Assembly (NCBI GenBank): GCA_037441385.1
Contig: JBBISH010000009.1
Span: forward strand, 27,191 to 91,190
DNA from: Myxococcales bacterium
GTDB taxonomy: Bacteria; Myxococcota_A; UBA9042
Direction: 5' to 3'
Length of the DNA: 64,000 nt
Shown: positions 58,816 through 64,000 of the stretch, in pieces
Numbering within the stretch: position 1 is the first letter of the stretch
Layout: every line of letters begins with the position of its first letter
Made by a program: the position numbers and the translations under genes
The notes under the pieces: generated by a model
What the model was told of the DNA's origin: nothing
The model's database searches: none
The model's input: the letters and a program-made list of their open reading frames with translations, nothing else

Positions 58816-60810
58816 ATGAACCTGAAGTCCGTACTCCGCCGCGTTCGCCCGGCCCTGCTTTTGGCCGCGTTGCTGGCCGTCCTGCCCGCCCGTGCGTCGC
58901 TGGCCAGCCAGCCGGCACTGTGGACTTGGGCCGACGACAACGATTTTCGCCGCGGCAATCTGGAAGGCCTGGCGCTGCACCCCACGTTGGGTCTGACGAT
59001 TGCGCCCAAGCTGCAGCGTAGCGAGGTGGACGCCGAGTTCATTCACTGCTGGGTGCGCGACGGCCAAAAGGTGTGGCTGGGCACGGGCTTGCAAGGCAAA
59101 GTCTTTGTCTACGAGGCCGGCAAAGTCCGCGAGGTCGCCAAGGTCGACGCACCGCTGGTCGCGTCGCTGGCGCTGGACGGCAAAGGCGGCGTGTGGGCGG
59201 GCCTCATCGGCAGCGGCGAGGTGGTCCACGTGGGCGCCGATGGCAAGGTCGAGTCGCTTGTCAAGCTCGAGGGCGCGCAGCACGTGTGGGCGTTGGTTCT
59301 TAAGGGCGGCACGTTGTTCGCCGCCACGGGCCCGGGCGGCAAGGTGTTTGCCATCGACGTGGCCGCCAAGACGGCCAAGGTTTGGGCCGAAACGGGCGCC
59401 GACCACGTGACCGCGCTGCAGGATGGCGGCGATGCGCTCTACGCCGGCACGTCGGACAGTGCGCTGCTGCTGCGCATCGAGGGCGAAAAGAACGCCAAGG
59501 CGATCGCCAGCTTCCCAGGCATCGAAGTCCGCAGCATGGCCCGCGTGGGCAAGGCCTGGTACGTCGCCGTCAACGGTGGACAGACCGCCGCCGCCAGCGC
59601 CAACCAGAAGCCAACCGCGGACCGCCCCGGTACCGGCGCCGCCCCCAAGATCGCCTCGGCCAACAAGGCCGGCAAAGAGGCGCAGGCCAAGGGCAAAGGC
59701 GCCGTGTGGAAGCGCGGCGACGACGGCACGGTGACCCGCGTGTTCGTGTCGCCAGAGGGCATGATCAGCGAGATTGGCGTGCAGGGCAAAGCGGTGTACG
59801 CCAGCGCGGCCCGCGGCGGTCGGGTCGTGATCGGCGACGACTTTGGCGACGTGCAAAGCCTGTTCGACGTCAAAGAGGAAGAGATTCTGGGCGTCGAGGT
59901 CGGTGCCAAAGGTCCGCAACTGCTGTTTACCGGCAAGTCGGCGGCCGTGTACGCCGTGGGCCAGGGCGACGGACCGGCCATCTACACTTCGGAAGTGATG
60001 AGCGAAACGGGTATCGCCCAATGGGGCCGCATCGAGGCCGTGGGCGAAGGCAACCTGATCATCGAGACGCGGTCGGGCTTTACCGATCCGCCGTCCGAGA
60101 CCTGGAGCGACTGGACGCCGGCCAAAGGCGGCCAAATCCAGAGTCCGGCGGCCAACTTCCTGCAAGTCCGCGTCAAGCTAGAGGGGGAGCGCGCCCGGCT
60201 GGTCGAGCTGCGCGCCTACCGCCAAGTGATGAACCGTGCACCGCTGGTCAGCAAGATTGATTCGGTCGTCAACAAGCAAAAGGGCACGGTCGCACTGTCG
60301 TGGGCCGCCGAGGACCCCGACGGCGATGCGCTGGTGTTCCAGGTCAACTACCGCCCGCGCGGCGGCAAGCAGTGGCTGCATCTGCACGATCGCTGGTACG
60401 ACAAGAAGACCATGGAACTCAGCCCCTCGGATATGCCCGACGGTTGGTACGAAGTGCGCGTCGAGGTGAGCGACGTGCTGGTCAACGGCAGCCGCGCCGG
60501 CAAGGCCACGGCCCGCATCTCCAAGCCGTTCTTGGTCGACCGCGGCCGGCCCGAGGTCACGGCCAGCCTGAGCGGCCGGACGTTGTCGGGCGTGGCGACC
60601 GACGCCATTTCGCGCATCGTCCGCGTCGACGTCTCGCTCGACGGCGATCCGACCATGCTGGCCAGCGCCAAAGACGGCGTTTTTGACGGTCTGAGCGAAG
60701 CTTTTGACCTGGAGTTGCCGGCCAGCATCGATCAAGGCCCGCACACGCTCCTCATCACCGTCACCGACGACGCCGGCAACACCGGCAGCAGCCGCGTGGT
60801 GGTACGGTAG
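58816..60810 (+). CDS. Secreted beta-propeller protein with FN3/Ig-like C-terminal domains
   Basis: Signal peptide, repeated GTG..GKV blades, TRSG.T..P..TWSDW and WAAEDPDGD. Confidence 0.75.
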   Translation: MNLKSVLRRVRPALLLAALLAVLPARASLASQPALWTWADDNDFRRGNLEGLALHPTLGLTIAPKLQRSEVDAEFIHCWVRDGQKVWLGTGLQGKVFVYEAGKVREVAKVDAPLVASLALDGKGGVWAGLIGSGEVVHVGADGKVESLVKLEGAQHVWALVLKGGTLFAATGPGGKVFAIDVAAKTAKVWAETGADHVTALQDGGDALYAGTSDSALLLRIEGEKNAKAIASFPGIEVRSMARVGKAWYVAVNGGQTAAASANQKPTADRPGTGAAPKIASANKAGKEAQAKGKGAVWKRGDDGTVTRVFVSPEGMISEIGVQGKAVYASAARGGRVVIGDDFGDVQSLFDVKEEEILGVEVGAKGPQLLFTGKSAAVYAVGQGDGPAIYTSEVMSETGIAQWGRIEAVGEGNLIIETRSGFTDPPSETWSDWTPAKGGQIQSPAANFLQVRVKLEGERARLVELRAYRQVMNRAPLVSKIDSVVNKQKGTVALSWAAEDPDGDALVFQVNYRPRGGKQWLHLHDRWYDKKTMELSPSDMPDGWYEVRVEVSDVLVNGSRAGKATARISKPFLVDRGRPEVTASLSGRTLSGVATDAISRIVRVDVSLDGDPTMLASAKDGVFDGLSEAFDLELPASIDQGPHTLLITVTDDAGNTGSSRVVVR

Positions 60811-60863
60811 CCCAGCCGCGGCCCGCCGTTCTTGGGCCAAGGCCCCCTACGCGCGGAGGCATC

Positions 60864-62597
60864 ATGACAGACACCACTCCGGTCGCCAGCGACCCTCTCC
60901 CCCAATCCGACCGCCTGCTCTTAGAGGAATGGACGCCCCTTGCGCGCTGCCTGGCGTGGCGGGTCGGTCGGCTGGCGTGGCAGCCGGGCGCGGTCGATCT
61001 GTTCGCCGACGAGACGGTGCCGCACCTGATCCACGACAACGGCGCGATGTCGCAGCGTTCGGCCGCGGTGCTGTTCGCCTGGTGCGAGGATCAAGAGGCC
61101 GCCGGCACCCTGCCCGACCAGATCGTCGTGTGTGAATTCGGCATCGGCACGGGGCTGCACCTGCGCTACTTGCTCGACGCGTTTGCCCAGCGCTGCCAGC
61201 AAGCTGCGGTGCCTTGGTACGAGCGGCTGCAAGTGTTGGCCACCGACGTGAGTGCAGCCGTGGCGCGGCAGGCGGTGGAGCGCGGGCTGTTTGCCCACCA
61301 CCCTGGCCGGGTGCGCTTTGGCTTCTTGGACATCGAGAATCCACGGCAATTCATCGAACTGGACACCGGTGTGCGCCTGGATCTGGCCGGACAGGTGCAC
61401 TTCGCGATGGCGTTGTACGTGCTGGACCTGCTGACGGTCGATGTGTTCCGCCGCCTGCGCGAAGGCGATGCGACGCGCTGGGAGGCCGTGCTGGTCCGCA
61501 CCTGGCTGCGCGATCCACGGCAGCTGCCCGCGTACACCGACGCGACCGCGGCCGAGCTGCAGGCGCTGGCAGCCGCGCCCGACGGGCAGAACCTGGCGCC
61601 GCTGACTGACGCGTGGAACCTGGTGCAGCAGGAACTGCGGGCGTGGGCCGTGGATTTGAGCGAGCACCCGGATCTGCCGCTGCTGGAGCAGTGGGCGGAC
61701 CGCCAAGAAGCCGACCTGGGCGCGGACCACGAGCTGCTGCGCGACGGGACGGTGGTGGTGCACTCCGCCGGAGCGTTGCGAGCCCTGCTGGGCCTGAGCT
61801 CGATCCTGGCCCCAAGCGGCGTGGCCCTGGTGCGCGACGTGGCCCTGACGACCGCCGAACAGGCCGGTCACCCGCGCGGCCATGCCCACTATGGCCAGGT
61901 GACCGCCGCGGCGGTGAACATGCGCGCCGTGGACCAGTTCTTTGCGGCCGGTCCCCAGGGGCTGCGGCTGCTGGGGCCCGAGCGCGACGGCGGCCGCGGT
62001 CAGGCCACCCGACTGCTTCTGCGCAGCGAGCTGGCAGCCACGCAAGCGGCCTTTGCCGCGGTGTTTGGCGCGCAGGCCGTCGACGCGGCCCAGGCGCTGA
62101 TGGATCAGGCCCTGCAGCAATCGGATCCCACAGAGATTCTAGAAGGCCTGCGCCAGGCGATCGCGCTCGAGCCCACCGATTGGACCCTGCACCTAGAGGC
62201 GGCGCGCGTCGCTCTGGATCGGCTGGGTCGCGCCGACCTCGCGCAAGTCATCGCACTGCACGCCCTGGAGCAAAATCCCAGCTATTCGCCGGACTTGTGG
62301 TGTGTACTTGGCGACGCTGCCCACGCGCAAGGCGAGCCGCCCCAGGCGCTGACCGCCTACCGCAACGCGCTGCAGGTCCACCCGCGGCACGTGCGCTCGC
62401 TGTACAGCCTGGCGTGGGTCGAGGCCGAGCGCGGCCGCCACGGTGTCGCCTTCGAGCTGCTGGGCCAGGCCCTGCGCTGGGATCGGCAGGGCCGTTATCG
62501 CGCTGATATCCTGCAGCTTTTTGACGTGTGTCTGCGCGCCCAGGCCTTGCAGTGGCAGACCGAGAAGCGGCGCGCGGCCGAACGCGACGCGCTGTAG
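60864..62597 (+). CDS. SAM-dependent methyltransferase (MidA-like) with C-terminal TPR repeats
   Basis: VCEFGIGTG motif I, ATDVS, and TPR-like helices (ALEPTD, LWCVLGDA, YRNALQVHP). Confidence 0.7.
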   Translation: MTDTTPVASDPLPQSDRLLLEEWTPLARCLAWRVGRLAWQPGAVDLFADETVPHLIHDNGAMSQRSAAVLFAWCEDQEAAGTLPDQIVVCEFGIGTGLHLRYLLDAFAQRCQQAAVPWYERLQVLATDVSAAVARQAVERGLFAHHPGRVRFGFLDIENPRQFIELDTGVRLDLAGQVHFAMALYVLDLLTVDVFRRLREGDATRWEAVLVRTWLRDPRQLPAYTDATAAELQALAAAPDGQNLAPLTDAWNLVQQELRAWAVDLSEHPDLPLLEQWADRQEADLGADHELLRDGTVVVHSAGALRALLGLSSILAPSGVALVRDVALTTAEQAGHPRGHAHYGQVTAAAVNMRAVDQFFAAGPQGLRLLGPERDGGRGQATRLLLRSELAATQAAFAAVFGAQAVDAAQALMDQALQQSDPTEILEGLRQAIALEPTDWTLHLEAARVALDRLGRADLAQVIALHALEQNPSYSPDLWCVLGDAAHAQGEPPQALTAYRNALQVHPRHVRSLYSLAWVEAERGRHGVAFELLGQALRWDRQGRYRADILQLFDVCLRAQALQWQTEKRRAAERDAL

Positions 62598-62612
62598 GGC
62601 TAGACCGCTACC

Positions 62613-63380
62613 TTGTCACCCCTGCAAGCCATTCTGCTCTTTGCCGCAGCGGCCACGGGCGGCGCCATGAACGCGGTCGCCGGCGGCGGCAGCTTTGTCA
62701 CTTTCCCCGCACTGGTCTGGTTGGGCCTGCCCGCGACGCACGCCAATGCCACCAGCACCGTCGCGCTCTGGCCCGGATCCTTGGGTAGTGCCTGGGGATT
62801 TCGCAGTGTCCTTGCCCAAGAGCGCCGGCGCTTGCCGTGGTTGGGGCTGGCGTCGCTGGCCGGCGGCGGGTTGGGGGCGTGGCTGCTGCTGAATACCCAG
62901 AATGCGACCTTTGTCCGTCTGGTTCCTTGGCTGCTGGTGGCGGCGACCGCCCTGTTTGCCGTGTCGCCGTGGCTGGTGCCGCGCTTGCGGCAGATGTCGG
63001 GCGGCCGGCTGGACCAGCCGTTTTGGCTTGCGACGGTTCAGCTCGCCATCGCCATCTACGGCGGCTATTTTGGCGGCGGCATGGGGATCTTGATGCTCGC
63101 CGGGTTCGCGTTGGCCGGCATCCGCGACCTCCACGCGGCCAATGGGCTGAAAAGCGTGTTGGGCGCCCTGATCAACGGAATGGCGGTTTTGTGGTTTGCC
63201 GCGTCGGACGCCGTTCACTGGCTGCCGGCGGCCACGATGGTGGTGGGTTCGGTGGTGGGTGGCTACGCGGGCGCACACTGGTCGCGGCAAGTCGATCCGC
63301 GCTGGGTGCGCGCACTCATCGTGGCCGTGGGCGCGCTGACAGCAGCCGTCTTCTTTGCCAAGGCCGGCCGATTGGGTTGA
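62613..63380 (+). CDS. TauE/SafE family sulfite exporter
   Basis: NAVAGGGSFVTFP, ANATS and YGGYFGGGMG motifs; about 8 TM segments. Confidence 0.9.
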   Translation: MSPLQAILLFAAAATGGAMNAVAGGGSFVTFPALVWLGLPATHANATSTVALWPGSLGSAWGFRSVLAQERRRLPWLGLASLAGGGLGAWLLLNTQNATFVRLVPWLLVAATALFAVSPWLVPRLRQMSGGRLDQPFWLATVQLAIAIYGGYFGGGMGILMLAGFALAGIRDLHAANGLKSVLGALINGMAVLWFAASDAVHWLPAATMVVGSVVGGYAGAHWSRQVDPRWVRALIVAVGALTAAVFFAKAGRLG

Positions 63381-63388
63381 CCACAAAG

Positions 63389-63444
63389 TCCGTTCGCATC
63401 GGCTCGCGAGCACTCGGCGAATCTTCGGGCTCGAATCGGGGTCC
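63389..63444 (+). repeat. Dispersed 56-bp repeat, copy 2
   Basis: TCCGTTCGCATCGGCTCGCGAGCACTCGGCGAATCTTCGGGCTCGAATCGGGGTCC. Confidence 0.65.
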
Positions 63445-63591
63445 GCGGCGGCTGCGCGACAATCGCGTGGCAGATTCTAGATGCGTCCAGCGGCACGAAT
63501 GGCTACTATGGGTTCGTGGTGGCCAGATCTCCCGTGCCGCGTCCTACCTTCGCGGCGCCAAGCCCTACTCCTGGCCATCCGGGAGGGCGTC

Positions 63592-63864
63592 ATGGACGGC
63601 AGCTTCGTTCCCTTCTACGCGCTTGCGGCGGCCACGTTTGTCGCGCTGGCGGTCGCGCTTTTCACCGCGGCGTCCAAGATCTTGTTCCAGCAGCGGGTCA
63701 ACTGCCCAGCGGATGGGCGGGCGGCCGATGTTCTGTTCGAGAAATCCAAGACCTCGCCGTGGGCCAAGGAAGGGACGGTCGACGTGGTGCAGTGCTCGCT
63801 GCTGCCGGGCGAAAAAGTAAACTGTGCCAAAGGTTGCCTGGGCTGCGGCAAGTCCAACGCCTGA
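63592..63864 (+). CDS. Small membrane-anchored Cys-containing protein (90 aa)
   Basis: GGGAGG RBS, N-terminal TM helix, then CP...CS...CAKGCLGC. Confidence 0.7.
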   Translation: MDGSFVPFYALAAATFVALAVALFTAASKILFQQRVNCPADGRAADVLFEKSKTSPWAKEGTVDVVQCSLLPGEKVNCAKGCLGCGKSNA

Positions 63865-63871
63865 TACGGTT

Positions 63872-63926
63872 TCCGTCCAAATCGGCTCGAAAACTTCGGC
63901 AATTCTTCGGGCCCGAACCGGGGTCC
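63872..63926 (+). repeat. Dispersed 56-bp repeat, copy 3
   Basis: TCCGTCCAAATCGGCTCGAAAACTTCGGCAATTCTTCGGGCCCGAACCGGGGTCC. Confidence 0.65.
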
Positions 63927-64000
63927 CCGCCTGATTCTCGCCGGTTGCAGACCGGGTCAGAGGAACCGTACAGGCGTGAATCAGACGGGGTTCGTATCAG

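Noticed and set aside
63389..63926. CRISPR array or integron attC interpretation of the 56-bp repeats
   Set aside because: The copies are degenerate and widely spaced, lack RYYYAAC/GTTRRRY ends, and no cas or integrase gene is in view.

Overview
GC-rich bacterial DNA with hallmarks of Myxococcota: three Ser/Thr kinases, many Cys-rich surface lipoproteins and MYXO-CTERM-like tails. About 43 genes can be supported. Housekeeping genes include guaA, ahcY, dapB, pepD, an RlmM-like methyltransferase, an ABC-F, a Lol-like ABC exporter, an FNT channel and a cyanophycinase. Four things stand out. (1) A Kdp-type potassium locus (8141-13573) without kdpABC: an unannotated KdpF-like peptide, a porin, a truncated KdpD and KdpE face a KimA-like permease across mirror-image promoters built from 11-bp tandem boxes. 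(2) A three-gene island of unknown function (19700-26170) arranged like a polymorphic toxin/immunity locus, with an unusual H-RCxxC-KH domain, a low-GC C-terminus, two frameshifts and G/C homopolymer tracts. (3) A pseudoknot leader upstream of ahcY resembling a variant SAH riboswitch. (4) A roughly 56-bp dispersed intergenic repeat in three copies. I saw no rRNA, tRNA, CRISPR array or transposase. All family calls come from motif recognition by eye, not from database searches.
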